Of a stretch of DNA of 64,000 bases, positions 21,824 through 35,465 are shown piece after piece. Position 1 is the first letter of the stretch. Each line of letters begins with the position of its first letter. The stretch covers positions 806,001 to 870,000 of the forward strand of contig BQFW01000009.1 in assembly GCA_020891255.1 (NCBI GenBank), read 5' to 3'. The DNA is from Entomortierella parvispora E1425 (taxonomy: Eukaryota > Fungi > Mortierellomycota). The notes beneath the pieces are model-generated. The model did no database searches. It was given only the letters and a program-made list of their open reading frames with translations, and was not told the DNA's origin. The position numbers and the translations under genes are program-made.

Positions 21824-24274
21824 TTAGCTGTCAATCAATCCGCTCAGGACCCTGAACACGTCGGTGAGACTGACAACGCCAACGGCACACCCACTATCGT
21901 TCACGACCCACATCCGATGCGCCTTGGTTGCCTGTAGCTTGGATAACGTGTAACCAAAAGTTGATTTTGAATTCACGTCCAAGATGGGGTATTGGTCCTA
22001 CGATCAAAAGAGAGAGTATAACAAAAAAAAAGCGTAATGCAACAGAACAAAATGTCAATGCATGGTAAGAATACATGGGGCACAATACAGAACAGGGGAA
22101 GGCACTCTACCTCTCCGCTCTCGACGCCGTGGGACAATCGAATCTTGCAGACAAGTTGGAAACAACTGATCCACAACCAGGATGTCCTCAGATTTTTCAT
22201 GATATGCTACAGGATGAAGAACAAGAACAGACAATACTATTAGACGCTGCCATATTGCTAGTGAGAACAACTATTTCAGAAACAGACACAAATGCATCTT
22301 GGCCGCCAAGGGACAACTCATACCTTAATGTCCGTCATACTGATGTTACCCAGCAGCATCCCTTGGTCGTCCAGGACGGCAAGTGATGAAACGCTATGTG
22401 TGCCTGGTAATGAACAAATATCCGAGTCAATATAAACCGGTTCAGTGAAAGCACTCTCCCATGGTCCTTCCATGCTGGGAGCGACTCGACTTACTCATAG
22501 AGATCAAGGCATCCAAAACTTTTTCTTCGCCATTGACGGACAAAACTCTGCCGTTTGTGAGTCCACATTGTTGGAGCTATGGAAGGAGAAAAAAAAAGCA
22601 TCGTAAGATTATTTACTTTTTTGAATCAACAACGTCCTAATCATGGTCCACACTGCTTACACTCTTTTGCATTATTGGCTGTAGTTGAGGATATTCACTC
22701 AACTATGAAGAGGGAGACAAAAATGCCAGTCATCAGCGCCAATACGAATGAAAGGGAAGAAGCTTTGGCTGTTTCGTCCACGCGCCATTGATATCTTACA
22801 TGTCGCATCAAGTAGTCCAATGTTGAGGACTGGGACAAGATTCCCTTCATTGTTCCCTCAGCATCCATGACGGCCACTATCGAGTTAGAACAGAGCAATT
22901 GACATTAGACGGAGAGAAATACAGGCCACTACTACAGCTACTTTGCCTTGTTGTACTGTCCTTGAAGTTTCAGGGCTCTGTTGTTGAATGATTGTTCAAA
23001 GGCAAACAGGGATTGATGAAAGGACCTTTCACTTACCGCGATGAATTCCTGTTCCAAAATCATGTACCACAGCCCCCAGCCTTGTCTCGGGCAACACGGT
23101 ACAGAATGGATCCTTGCCCGACAAGTCTAAGAGTTGCATGAAGGTTGAAAGCACGTCAGCACAAATAAAGAAAACAAAAGTGGACGACAACCCAACAAAT
23201 GTAAAGTGGGCCAAGAGTGATCAGTGAATATTTAAAAAGAGAAAACGAAAACAAGAAAACGAAAGCGCGCAAGAAGTGAACGAGGCTAATGTCCCTCATG
23301 GACAAACCAACAAACCCGTTTTTTACCCTCTTCGATCTGAGACGCGCCTGCAGGGCATCAAAGTCTCTTTTTTCTTTTTTTGATGATTTTGGTTTCTGCC
23401 CACATCCCACTGATCACAAAGAAGTAACCCTAGTCCTCTTCCACTCTTTTTTCCCCAAGACCCAAGTCCACCCAAGTTTTCACAGCAGACATCCCTAGGT
23501 TTCGGATTCCTGTTTTGTGCGCATAGGTGTGCTTTGTGAATGGACAAGTTGGCCCAGCAAACTTACCGGAAGCCAGTTTGACGGGGACCGTCTGGCTTTT
23601 GTTAGTCCTTTGGATCAGATCCCGCATTTCCATTGTCTGGTCTTGAAGGGGTACCTCCATCTTCTTGAGCAGCAGCAGGATGTAGGTCATCAGATCCCCA
23701 TAATCAAACATGCCCACGTACACCTGCTTCGCACTGTCATAAACCGGCGCCGAGGTGATTCCACCCCTGAGTAAAACCTATCGGAGAGATCAGACATAAT
23801 TGATCCGCGCGTCAGCCGGAGCGAACAAAAGAGCAGAGAACGAGAGGAACGCGTTTTCCAGAAGCCAAGTCCGCTTGAGAGCGAACCTGTGCCTTTCAGC
23901 CAGCCCTATTGATCTTCTTCCTCGACACTCCTTGGTGGGAGTATGCATATGAGCCCAAGTAATACCTCGCATGCGTCTTCCACGGTCGTTTCGGCATCAC
24001 TACAGAGAGAATGAGAGAAAGAAGAGAGTTCTTGCGCGGTCAGCATTGTCATTTTCAAGAGGTCAAGTGTGCTTTTGGTCAACCCCATGTCTCATGTCCA
24101 TGGATTGTGGGTGCTCGTGGGAGAATGCAATCCATGTCAGGACACTCTTTACATGGTGACTAGGGTCTGCTTCTCGACCAAGGTCCCGGCTTTGACCATG
24201 GTCCAGTCGTGGGAGAGGGTTGTAATGCCCTCTCGATGTTGATGGTGGTTCTGAAGAACACTGTCGCTGCTCAT
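21824..24274 (-). CDS. SDS23: SDS23/Moc1-like CBS-domain protein, about 10 exons
   Basis: Hand-spliced pieces: HDWTMVKAGTLVEKQTLVTIDAETTVEDACEVLLRGGITSAPVYD...YVGMFDYGDLMTYILL...VKLASDLSGKDPF...GIHRVAVMD...GILSQS...VSSLAVLDDQGMLLGNISMTDIK...DQYPILDVNSKSTFGYTLSKLQATKAHRMWVV...VGVVSLTDVFRVL. Canonical GT-AG junctions; the CBS pairs match my recollection of Sds23/Sds24. Confidence 0.85.
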
Positions 24275-27200
24275 GTCGGAGCGATTGTAGTGTGGAAGAA
24301 GGCGCTTGGAGTATGGTTGTGCGAGTATGTAGTGAAAGAAAAAGAGTTGGGAGGAAGGTAACAGGTTGAACGATAAACGGGAATGGACAAACGAGAAAAA
24401 GAACGCAAAGAAGAGAAGTCAAAAAAAAAAAAAAAAAAAAAGTTGAAGCAGGATTTCCCTGGTTGACTTTTCTGTTTCCTTTGCCCTCCCCTTTTCGGTT
24501 ACAAAAGAGAAGGACGAATGAGCTTCTCTCGTACAGTATCGCAAGCTCTCAGTTTTCTGATCTCATCCGCCGCCGACTGGGAGCTCTCTTCTCTTTACTT
24601 CTTGCTTGCTCTCTCTCCCCCGCTGTCTCTCTCTTTCTCTCTTAAGCGGACTCAGCATGCCACGACACATCTGCAAGAATAGACAAGGCGTCAATTTGTC
24701 CAACTGTGTTTTGAGCAAAGAAAGAAAAGCGCTTATTTGAATGCTTGGAAAAAAGAGCTAAGGGGACAAAAAATAGCACAGCTGTCAGAAACGCACCCGT
24801 TGCCGAGAATCTTGATCAGTCATCTTGGATTTCCATTGCAGTCAAGGGCCTTCAGGAGTGTAAATTGACAAATCCTGGAGTCCCAGCGTTTTTGCATTGC
24901 CAGAAGGAAAACTATATGGAAAAGGATTCTTCCTCCTCTCATGCGGCCTCGTGGTATCTGAGTCCGAGTGAAACGGCACAATGCATGAGCATGGCAGTAA
25001 CGGGCAAGAGCAATTGGTGGCGCAGGGGCGTCCAGTGGTGCTAACTGGCCCTGGCCCTGCCAGTCCGTCCCCACCCATTGAGGTCCGACATGAGAGGGGC
25101 AAGACAAAAGGCAAAGGCGGCACAGCAACGTCTCTAGACAGCGAACTCTGGCCTGGATGAACTGTGTCGAATAGAACGGCCATGGTAGAGGGGACAGGGA
25201 AGCAGCGAAGCAAGAGACAGACACGCGCCACTTGGTCTTTGAAATCGCTTCAGCTGCTTCGACCACACGCCACGTTCGATCGCTGTGACCCTGAATTTTT
25301 TTGGGTTGGTCGGAAGTTGGTCTTCTCTTTTTTTAGAGCGTCTTCATTTCTGCAAGGGAGAAGAAAGGACTGAATGACAGAAGGAAGCAACGCCAGGAAA
25401 GGTCAGGTCAAAGTAGATGCAACATGTCAGCAGTCAGCCCTGGAGCCCCGCTCCAGAGAAAAGGAGGGAAGAGGAGACGGAAGGAGGTTGAATTCCAACA
25501 GAAATGATGCAGAGATAGGGCTTCATTCTGGGGGAGCGAACAAACCCAGGCATGGGGTCAGACGAACGGAGGCACATCGCAGAGAGAGAGAGAGAGAGAG
25601 AGAGGGAGGGAGAGACACGCATACAAATTGCATTTGCGTGTGTGTGCACACAGACGAGGCAGAAGGACAAAAGAGCCGACAGGAGGGAACAAAAGTTTTT
25701 TTTTTTTTTGTCTCTCTCTCTCGTTCCCTTTTCCTCCCTCCCTGAACTGACTCTCTTTCTCTTCTTCCCGCTCCCTTTTTTTTTCCTTTCTTTCTCTCGT
25801 CTCTCGTCTCTCGTCTCTCCTCTCTCTCTTTCTCACTCTTTCTTGCACCAAACTTCTCGTCCATCTCATTCTTTTCGTTTGCTCCTTTGTTCATTCACTC
25901 TTTCACTGCTACATACCTTCCTTGTTCGCATCCTTGCTCCCTTCATTGCTTCCCTTTCAAGACTCTCATTGCTATTCACTCAAGACATTCTCCACAGACT
26001 CACATACTCAGGTAACGACAATGCCCTTCCCCTTTTTCGACTTTTTTTTCCCTTTACCTCGCGCGTGAGAGCGCACAAACACAAGCACACCCCACCCCAC
26101 CCAGTCCTTCCTTCAAGCATGCACCCACACACACACACGCATATATATACGCACATACATACACAAACGGCCACCTCAAGCAGGCCAGACCCAAAAAAAG
26201 AGCGGGTCATCATCTTCTGCCATCCGCCAGTGGCTGCTCTCAGCCAGAACTTTTATTTTCCCTCTGAAAGTTAATTATGATCTCAGAAACCAGGCCAAAA
26301 AATGTGGGTGGGTGAGAGTGCATCGACGAGGTGCGCCAGGGAGAGAAGGAGAGCGTAAAGGGACTTGCCGTTATAGTTTTGGTTTCCCTTTTCCTTTTTT
26401 TTCTTGATGTTCCCCCGGAGCGGAGAAACTTGCCTCGCACAAACGATCATCGTCACCATCACCGTGATATGAGTTGATCTCAATCCTGGGACGAGGCAGT
26501 TGTGATAGAGTGCGTGTCTTTTATTTGATGTGCCCTGCTGGGAAAAGAATGCGGGCCTGCACTTCCTTCCCTCCTTCCTGCCTTTCCTTACCGCCTTGAC
26601 TCGCCACCCCCCTGGTCAGAGTGAGTGATAGATGACTGGAGAGAGAGTTGTTCCCTTGTCTTCCCTCTCTTTTCCCTCCATGGGACGGATGGGGTCATGG
26701 CAACCAAAAAACAACAACAGACGAGGACACAAACCAGACGAGGACACAAACCAGACAAAACAAACAAAAACCCAAAACGACGACGGACAGACAGGGCAGC
26801 GCATCTGCATCCCATTGGGGGACTTTGGGCTACTGTTGCTGTCGACAAATGCCTGTGTGTTTGTGTGCGCACCCCTTTTGTTGTGTCCGATTGAATCGGA
26901 CCTTGTCCGTTCTATTCAATCTTTTTTTTTCTCTCTTTCTCATTTCCTTCCTTGCCCCTTCCAACCGTTTTTTTTTTTTTTTTTTTCTCCTCTTCCTCTC
27001 TCTTTTTATCGTCCCTTCTCTTTCCTCCCTCGTCTCCGTTTCTCCTTCCTCTTCATTCTCTCCTCCCGCCACCTCCTCCTTCCTCTCTCACAGCACACGA
27101 ACAAAAGGGAAACATCCACGCCCATCCACCCACGTAGTGATAGTGAGCAACAAGAGCTTTCACTCCACTCAAACCTTGCCTTTTCCTCTGTAAACGAACG

Positions 27201-27391
27201 GTCTCTTCATCCCCCAACTTCCCCACCACCGTCCCTCTACTTCCCTGTAAGTAAAGTTCCATCTACCAGAGGCGCTGTTGTCGACCGTCATTCCTGCTAT
27301 CTTGAAATTCTCTCACCCCGCGCGCGGGTCCCTCCCCCTTTGCACGATCGATATTTCTGTCAAACTTGTGTGTGTATGTGGGTGTGTGTGG

Positions 27392-27425
<34 letters not shown>

Positions 27426-27721
27426 GTTTGTGTGTGCATTGTATGTGTGCGCTGAAGGTGTGGATGCACAGGTGTGGCATCGCCTCTCCTTCTCCTCTGT
27501 GTTATTCGTTCTTCCCTGCACTGCACATCTCGCCCTCTCGCTGAGCACCGAGCACGGGCGAGCCAAGCAGTGTCCACTGTTTGTGTGTGTCTGTTCTTTC
27601 CAACCGACTGACAGGGAAATTATAATTAACGCATCCCTTCCCCTTCGTCCCATCAATTCCCCCTTGTTCTTGTGTTCTACTGCTCTTTCTTTCCATTTTA
27701 GTTTCCACAAAGAAGTTAGCC

Positions 27722-29630
27722 ATGGTCTCGTCGTCTACTGTCTCCTCCGGACCCTCATACCAACAACACTCCAGACAAAATTCATCCTCTACTCCCTATC
27801 ACAATCCACATTTTCCCCACCGCCCTGACTCAGCAGCAATGCATTCCCACCCACTCAAACAACCACAGCACCACTATCTGCAAGGTCCCCCTCAATTCCA
27901 ACAAACCGAACAGACCTTCCCTGGCTATCCCGGCGATATGATGATGGATCCTTACCAGCCCCCAATGCACTACGCTCCTGGCCCTGGAGCTCCTCCCCCT
28001 CCACAGTCTCGTGGCCATGGTCGCACACCCTCGTACACACACTCGCGCTCGGGCTCAACCTCTAGTGTTGGTGGGTTTCCCAACCAGCCAATGCCCGTGA
28101 TGCCTCCTAACGATAACATGCAAATGCATGGACAGTATCGCGGCGCTCCTGAGCACCCATCTTGGTCTCCCTCACTCGCCTACGCTCAACATCCACAGCA
28201 GCACGTCCGCAGAAGTGTTTCGCCGGCCGCTGAACAGGCCCTCCACCAGCGTCCCATTCACCATCCACATCCTTATCACATGGCTCCCGCTCCTCCCACC
28301 AGACCTTCATCTCGCTCTCGTTCGCACTCTCGGTCTCTATCTCACTCTCAGCCGTTCCCACAGCAGTCGCAACCACAATATCAACAGCAACAACTACAAC
28401 ATCAGCAGTCTCTTCCACAGGGTCGACATAGCTCGCCAGCTTATCACCCTTCCTCTTATGGACCAGAGGAGATCATGCACCCTGTTGAGCGGCCTGCTGA
28501 ACCTGTCCGTCCTTTAGTTGCTGCTCCCCAAGAAGAGCAAACCCTTGCCCATCGCACACCAGTGGTGATGGTGGAGGAAGAGGAAGACGATGGCGAGATT
28601 CTGGGTGCGCAAGAAACAAGGGGGGCCATGGCACCTTTGAGTGGAGAAGAGACACTTGACTCGAGCAAGTGCTTGGACTGTGGCAAGGTGTACAAGCACG
28701 CCAATTGCCTTTTGAAGCACCGATGGGAACACTCTGTCTACTGGAAGGTAAGGTTTTGGTGAGGGTCGTTGCACCTGTCTTTATATTTAGAATTCGCGCC
28801 TTTTTTTTTTTTTTTTTTTTTTTTTTTGGTGGCAAATCCTCATCACATCCATTTGCCTTTCAAAATAGCCCGCTGCAAAGTTCCTGCTTTCCAAGCACCA
28901 GCAAGTGCAGCTGATGGAAGCAGCTGCCATCCTCCTTGGTATGGATGACAGCCGCGAACTTGACAGTGACCACGTCGTCAGCACCTTTACAAAGCAACGC
29001 GGCCACCTCGCCACCGTCACCTCCATCGCCTCGGTATCACCTCCTTCCTCCACAAAGTCATTCTCGGCTTCACCCTCTCCTCGTACTGCCGAGCGTCGTG
29101 CCCTAGCGCACGCTACAGTCATGGAGACGCGCCCTCGCGGGGATATTTTGGAAGTACCCCAACACCACCACTCGAGCCAGCAGCAACCCGTGCAGCAGCC
29201 TCAGCACCCCGTGTACCAAGGATCAAACGGTCGAGTCAAGGGATCGTCAACTCGTCACTCTGTCACTTCAACAACTTCGACTGCTTCCTCGCTTTCTTCG
29301 ACACCTCCCTCGTTGGCGCCAGATGATGAGAGTGTAGTGGAAATGGATGATGAGATTCGTTCGTCCCGTCATCACCTTCACCAACAGTACCCTTACTCTG
29401 GCCAGCAGCATGGTATGATGGTCATGGACATGCCACCACCTCCCCCAATGCACCTCAAGCAGCAGCACATGATTGAGCAGCAGCAGCAGCAACAGGCCCC
29501 CTATTACTCGCACGATCCAAGATACCCTCCCTTCCATCACCAACATCAACTGCCTGAACACCATGTCTACCAACAGGGACCTCCACCACCTCCTCAGCAC
29601 TTTGGTGCTCCTCATTACTACCAACACTAA
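27722..29630 (+). CDS. C2H2 zinc-finger protein with Q/P/H-rich flanks; intron 28748-28868
   Basis: CLDCGKVYKHANCLLKHRWEH finger. Splicing gives the fungal-conserved motif WK|PAAKFLLSKHQQVQLMEAAAILLGM. Confidence 0.85.
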
Positions 29631-30276
29631 AAAAAGAAGGATTCTTTTTTTTTCTTTCGAATACTGGAGATCAAACAAGCATTTTTTTTATCCCCTTCGC
29701 GTTATTTACCCACTCTGTAGTTTTTTGCTCGTTCTTTTGTCCTCTTTGCCGCCGTTGTCTATCTCTTTTACTCGACCCCTGTACATAATCCATACTACAC
29801 ATAACAAAAAAAGATAAAAAGATAAAAAAACCAAAATTGGTTCACAACTCTTTCCCTTGTGATACTTGCTTCATTGAACAGGCAAGGAGAAGGACCTCCA
29901 TAAGTAAATACCTGATTCCTGCTATTTTGTATATGAGAGACGGGGAAATTCGACTATTGAAAAAGAAGGACGCCAGGGTCCAGGTTGAACATGCTCCAGT
30001 GTCAATGACACAATCTTGACTATGCGTCGAGCTTTTTTTTTTCTTTTTTTGGAAATCTACGAAATACGGGTACCAGCTTGGTACCGCACGTTCATAGGTT
30101 CGAAGATCAACAGGGTTCATTGTCACTAGGTATATCATCATACCATCACAACATGCTCTTGGGGGTGTGTTTATTCTGTTGATGCGAAGCAGTTCGCTTT
30201 AGTAAAACTTGTAACAACTTTGGACAAAGGGGGGTAACATTTTCTTTTTCCTTTGAAAGGGGAATCTTTGTTTAGT

Positions 30277-31506
30277 TTACGAGGCCAAGATCATCTTGAC
30301 AAAGTCCTCGTAGTTGACCTTGCCGCTGTTGTCAGTCTCGACGCCCTTCATGAGCTCATCCACCTCGGCATCTGTCAGCTTCTCGCCCAAGCTTGTCAAA
30401 ACTAGTGTAGGATAAGAATAAGAGTCACCCAAAGATCAGAATGTGACGACTCGCGTGAGAGCAGACAATTGGAATGTACTATTTTTTTTTTTTTTTTTTT
30501 TTTTTTTTGAAACGGGTGCCATGGTACATACCGTAGCGGAGCTCTCCAGCAGAGATAAAACCGTTGCCCTCCTTGTCAAAGACCTTGAAGCCGTTGATAA
30601 ACTCTTGGTATGTGCCTGCGGGCTTGAATCCATCCTCGCGCATCAAAATCTCCAAGAAAGTGTTAAAGTCGATCGTGCCAGCTCCTATTGGTTTCCAACA
30701 AAGAAGCAAATGAAACAATTTTTTTTGTAAGGTGCATATCCATTGATGGGCCTGTTCCTTGTGTCGCTATCCAATTGAACATGAGGCAGCAAAGAAGAGT
30801 AAAGAGTGTGAATCTTTTACCTGATGGGTCAGCCTTGGCAACGAGCTCACGGACTTGAGCCTGAGTGGGGTTCTGGCCAAGGGCGCGCAAGAGATCGCCC
30901 AAGGACTCTGAAGCAATGGTGCCGTTGCCCTTGCGGTCAAACAGGCTGAAGCCCTCCTTGAATTCTTTACGGAAGAAGAGGTTAAAAAAATAAGCAACTT
31001 AGTCTGGCAAATCCTCATCTGATGAAGAGAATCACTAAAAAGCATTGAATGATGGAAGGACTGAATGGTGTTGATGGTAGACCTAGGTCTCATCCACTCT
31101 ACTCCTGCCATCCCCTCAGAACAATCTTGTTTGCTCTTCAATAGGAAAAAGGCCTTGGCCTCATAACGCAATCCTTGTTTTCAGAGATGACACTCTCCCT
31201 GACCGAAAAGTTGTTTGTACGGGGGAGTTAGGTTTCTGATGGACATTCCACTCATCCTTACCGGCGATTTGTTCTTCGGAAACGGCGGCCTATTGTGAAG
31301 TAGAAAAGACAAAGCTGTTAGTATGCTTGCTTTGTAGAAGTTTTCTCATTGTGACCACAGGGAAAGAGTGTCAACGCGTCATGATTTTGCGCGCGTGGTC
31401 AAGGTTGCATTTCACAGCCAGCAATGACGGCGCTGCCTCCTTTGACTTCCTGTGGTCCATGAAACAAGACAGGATAGCATGCTGAGCTGAGAGTGCCACT
31501 TGCCAT
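30277..31506 (-). CDS. MLC1: Myosin essential light chain (Mlc1/Cdc4-like EF-hand protein), 5 exons; the first exon is ATG only
   Basis: Spliced product M|AAVSEEQIA|EFKEGFSLFDRKGNGTIASESLGDLLRALGQNPT...FKVFDKEGNGFISAGELRY|VLTSLGEKLTDAEVDELMKGVETDNSGKVNYEDFVKMILAS. The start position depends on a GC-AG first intron. Confidence 0.85.
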
Positions 31507-32073
31507 AGTGATGATGTTGATGGGGATGAGTGATGAAAAGGAAAGGAGCTAAAGAGAGATGACAGGTCAGGCACGCACAAACAAGGGGTGGTGTATGTGT
31601 GACCAACCACAGCAGAAAAAAAAAGATGGATCACGTGTTTTGCATGGCATTGTTGCAATTGATCGTCCAGACCTCGACCATGCAACTTCCAATATCCAGA
31701 CCATCCATCCGGGGAATAAATCCTTGGACTTTCTAGCACTGCAAGTGCCTAACTGACTTAATTGACTATAGAAAGGTGCTTTGTTTGATACTTTTTATTG
31801 TACACGATATGTTGTTTTTTTTGTGAGGGCGATCTTCTCGTCTTTTTCTCTCTTTTTTGTTTTTTTCAATGTTGTAAAGATGGAATTGATGAGGGGATAA
31901 TGCAAGGGGGAAAAGGTTATACTGGGTAAGTCAAAAACAAAAACGGAGAGATCCCGAGGCTTCTTTCCGCCTCACTTGGATAAAAAAACTGCGATCAAGT
32001 TCTGCAAACAACGAAAGACGACGACGACGACGACGGCGATGATGGCGACGGCGAACTCTTATGCTTTCCATTC

Positions 32074-33172
32074 TTAAACGCGGTGGATCTCACCATCCTT
32101 GTAGTAGGACTTGAGGGTGACGTGGAACTCGGCCATCTGAACGTGGAACAACTTCAAAAGCTGGGCCTGCTCGGGGGTCAAAGTCTGACCCTCCTTGCAG
32201 ACACGGTACTCGTTCAACAAGGTGACGATACCGTTGTTCAAGACCGTGGGCATACCCAAACTCCTCAACTGGGGCTCCATGTTGTGGGGGAAGATCTCCT
32301 CGCCTCTGTGAACGGGTCCCTCAGGGACAACATATGTGCTGGTGGCCTTGACACCGGAACGGGCATAGTCCGATTCTGTGTAGTTGGCGAAAAACTCCTG
32401 AACCTCAGCGGGCTCGACATTCGTGAACAAGAGACCGACGTGTCCGACGAGCTGTTCAGCGAGCTTGTGAAGGTTATCCTTGTGCTCATCCTCGGGCGAA
32501 GTGCCGAGAGCCTTGGCCATGACCTTGGTGCGACCAAAGAAGAAGCGGGAAGTCTTCCACTCTGAACGGACCGTCTTCAAATAGGTGTTGCGCATGTTCT
32601 CAACCGAGAAGATCCAGATGTACTTGTAAAGATCGGCGCTCTCTCTGATCTGTTGGTTGTTGTGTGGGTGGATTGAGGAGACAATAAAAAAAAAAGTTTT
32701 GGTAAGATAATTGGCGAATGTTCGAGTGATGGCTCTAGGAACGAAAATGATCCATGTCCAGAGCAGAGAACATGAAAAAAGAATTGTAACAAAGGATAGT
32801 CGGTCTTTCTTTTTTTAACAATGATTGACACCGAAGAGGCAAGGGGTCTTTGACTGTACCTGCTCGTAAAGGGCATCCTTTCCAGCACGACCCTTCTTGT
32901 CGGTCTGGGTAAGAGGAACTATTGAAATAGGAAATGACATATTAGAAGAGAGTTGCAATTGAAGGGATGATTGGAAAGCATCTCTGTTCCTTGTCCTTGT
33001 CCTTCTCCCAAGGTCCTCAAGGAATTGCACTGTCGTTCGCTCTCCCTTTGCTTCAAAGTGGCAGCAACAAAGGAAGGTTCTGAACGAATCGTGGTCCTGC
33101 TACATCCTGAAGCAGCTGTGGTCAGCATGGTGAAGACGACTCACCAATCTTGTTGCGCTTTGACTTGGCCAT
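32074..33172 (-). CDS. MRT4: mRNA turnover / 60S ribosome assembly factor Mrt4 (uL10-like), 3 exons
   Basis: [10 protein letters not shown]|[19 protein letters not shown]|[49 protein letters not shown]...[19 protein letters not shown]. Confidence 0.95.
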
Positions 33173-33718
33173 TGTAGGTTATAGTAGGGGATGAATTAAA
33201 GAGTAAGGAGAAAGGAAGGAATGTGACCCTTCTCTGACAGCAAGTCCTTTTGCCCATCTTTTTTTTTTTCTTTTTTTTTCAGGCAAGCCAATGAAAGTGT
33301 AAACACGGATAAGCCACATCTGACCGAGGACGGTTCTTGCACTCAAAAAAAGGCGCATTCTCGACGTGCAAACGGGATATGAGCCAGAGCTCACCCGATG
33401 CCACTCCTTCTCTCACAATAATGGTGACCATGGATAGAGGATCCTACAGGGAGACTTCTCTGGCATTACCCTCATCCTCGCAGCTCAGAACGCTCGCCTC
33501 TCCTGCCCCAGGTGGGTTCATTGCAAGCCAATGCAGAGTGCACGAAATATAACCGTCACAACAGGCGGCGGGGATTCAAGACCCATCTTGCGCATCATCC
33601 CCTTTCTCATTCTTCTCACTCTCGTGCAACAGACAGACCTAACCTTTATCAAGAAACCCCTCCTTATCGCCAGCTCTCTTCCTCGACAAACATCCATTCA
33701 ACACAATAGAGGCCACCA

Positions 33719-35215
33719 ATGCCACCTCCTACAACAGACAAGGATGGACGTCTGGATGTCCTCTCATTAAAACAACAGCTCGCAGAGGCCCTTGGAGACA
33801 ATGGACCCTCATACTGGCAGGCCCTGACCGACTTTGTCTCGGGAAAGCTCAACCGGCAGGAATTCGACTTTTATGCCAACCTATACCTTTCACGACAAAA
33901 TGGTAAGAGCCAAGAATGAATGCGTGTATCCTTGGGACAACTTGTCCTTCCGCATTCAAAAGACTGACGCGTTTTGTGATGTTTGTCCATCAACTTTCTA
34001 GCACCACTACATAATCAGTTCATTATGGCCACCATTCACAATGCACAAAAGGCCACGCCTCCGCCAAGCACACGCTCTGTTGGCTGGTCAAAAGGAAAAA
34101 AGGGCAAGGATGGAAAGCTTCTTAAAGAAAAGGATCCACGGAGGAGAAAGATCAAAAATGAGGTCATGAGTCTAGGCAAAGCTGAGCGCGAGAGAATCAA
34201 AGCAGTGAAGGTAAGGAACGCACAGGAAGGAGGAGTGGATGGATGTATGCAGAGACCTTTTGTTTATTATATCTCTGATGTTTAATTGTCCTCCATGTTT
34301 TAACCTAGGAACAGAATAACAACCGGATAGTAAAACAGAGAGTCAAGGAACACAAGATTGCAAAGCCATTGGCGCCACCGATGCTTCCACAACCACTACT
34401 TGCAGAATATAATCGAGGAGCACATGTACCTCTGTGTTATGATTCCAAGGAGTTGCCAGATTTCGATTCGATGCGGGAGAGAATGACTGCTGTTGCTATC
34501 GAGAACGGTCTCACTGGAGGCGTACAGGAGGACTCTGTAGAGCTGATGCTACATGCATTGGAGGTAAAAGAACACTCGGTGTATACGTTTCTTTTATGAA
34601 GATCGGTGTATACGTTTCTTTTATGAAGACGATGTGCATCAAGGCATGGTACTAAATGCTTTTTATTATTACTCTTCGTCCACTGCCTTGCAGAGCCACG
34701 TCAAAAGTATTATTAGTAATTGTATCATCAAGTTACGGACGAATCGCGCCCTTGGCATTTCAGTACCAAAGAGAGATGCTAATTCGACACCCATGGGAAA
34801 CGGATCCGGTGCAGGAAAATATCCAACACTTGCTCCACCATCATCATCGACCGCCCTCGCTGGCACATCTGCAGTATCAAGTCCATTTCTCAACAGCTCA
34901 TCCTCAACTATACCCCATCTTCATCAAGGATCAGCTATGGATATTTCAGAGTCCAACAACAATAGTACCACTTCATCGTCTCATAATCATGGAGGTGGTG
35001 CAAGTATCAGTGGGAACACGGCATTGAAAAAGACAACGATCACGGCCAAGGACCTAGCGTTTGCGATCGACCTCTCACCGAGTATGATGGTCGAGACGCC
35101 AGCCAACGTAGAGAAGCTGCTAGCGATATTGATGGAGTCTGAAAGCGAGGAAGAGGACGAGGACATGGATATGGATGACGAGGACGAGCTGTCAGACTCT
35201 ATGATCGAACTCTGA
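33719..35215 (+). CDS. HFI1: SAGA complex subunit Ada1/Hfi1; exons 33719-33902, 34002-34210, 34309-34563, 34694-35215
   Basis: RLDVLSLKQQLAEALG...YWQALTDFVSGKLNRQEFD...LHNQFIMATIHNA, plus the histone-fold region LPDFDSMRERMTAVAIENGL...VELMLHALE|SHVKSIISNCI. Confidence 0.85.
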
Positions 35216-35465
35216 GCCTTTCTGCGCTCAATAAAATGCAGACTCTGCCCTGTTCAACAGCAACCTCTGTGGGTGGTGAAGGGACTCTTGAGGTCATTTC
35301 ATAAAATGCCCTATTGCAGAGGGGAAAAGTGACTGCTTCCCCTGTTTACCTTTCGCCCCGCTTCCCGTGCCGGCCCTGGTATTTTTTCTTTTTTTTTTCT
35401 GCTGTCCCCTTTCCCACTCTTTTCCCCTACTCCCTCCATCCTCCATTCCTCTCACTTACTTCATA

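Noticed and set aside
24420-27720. Long ORFs such as 26632-27828 and 25552-26274
   Set aside because: They are translations of (CT)n, (GT)n and poly-T microsatellites in the long upstream region of the zinc-finger gene.
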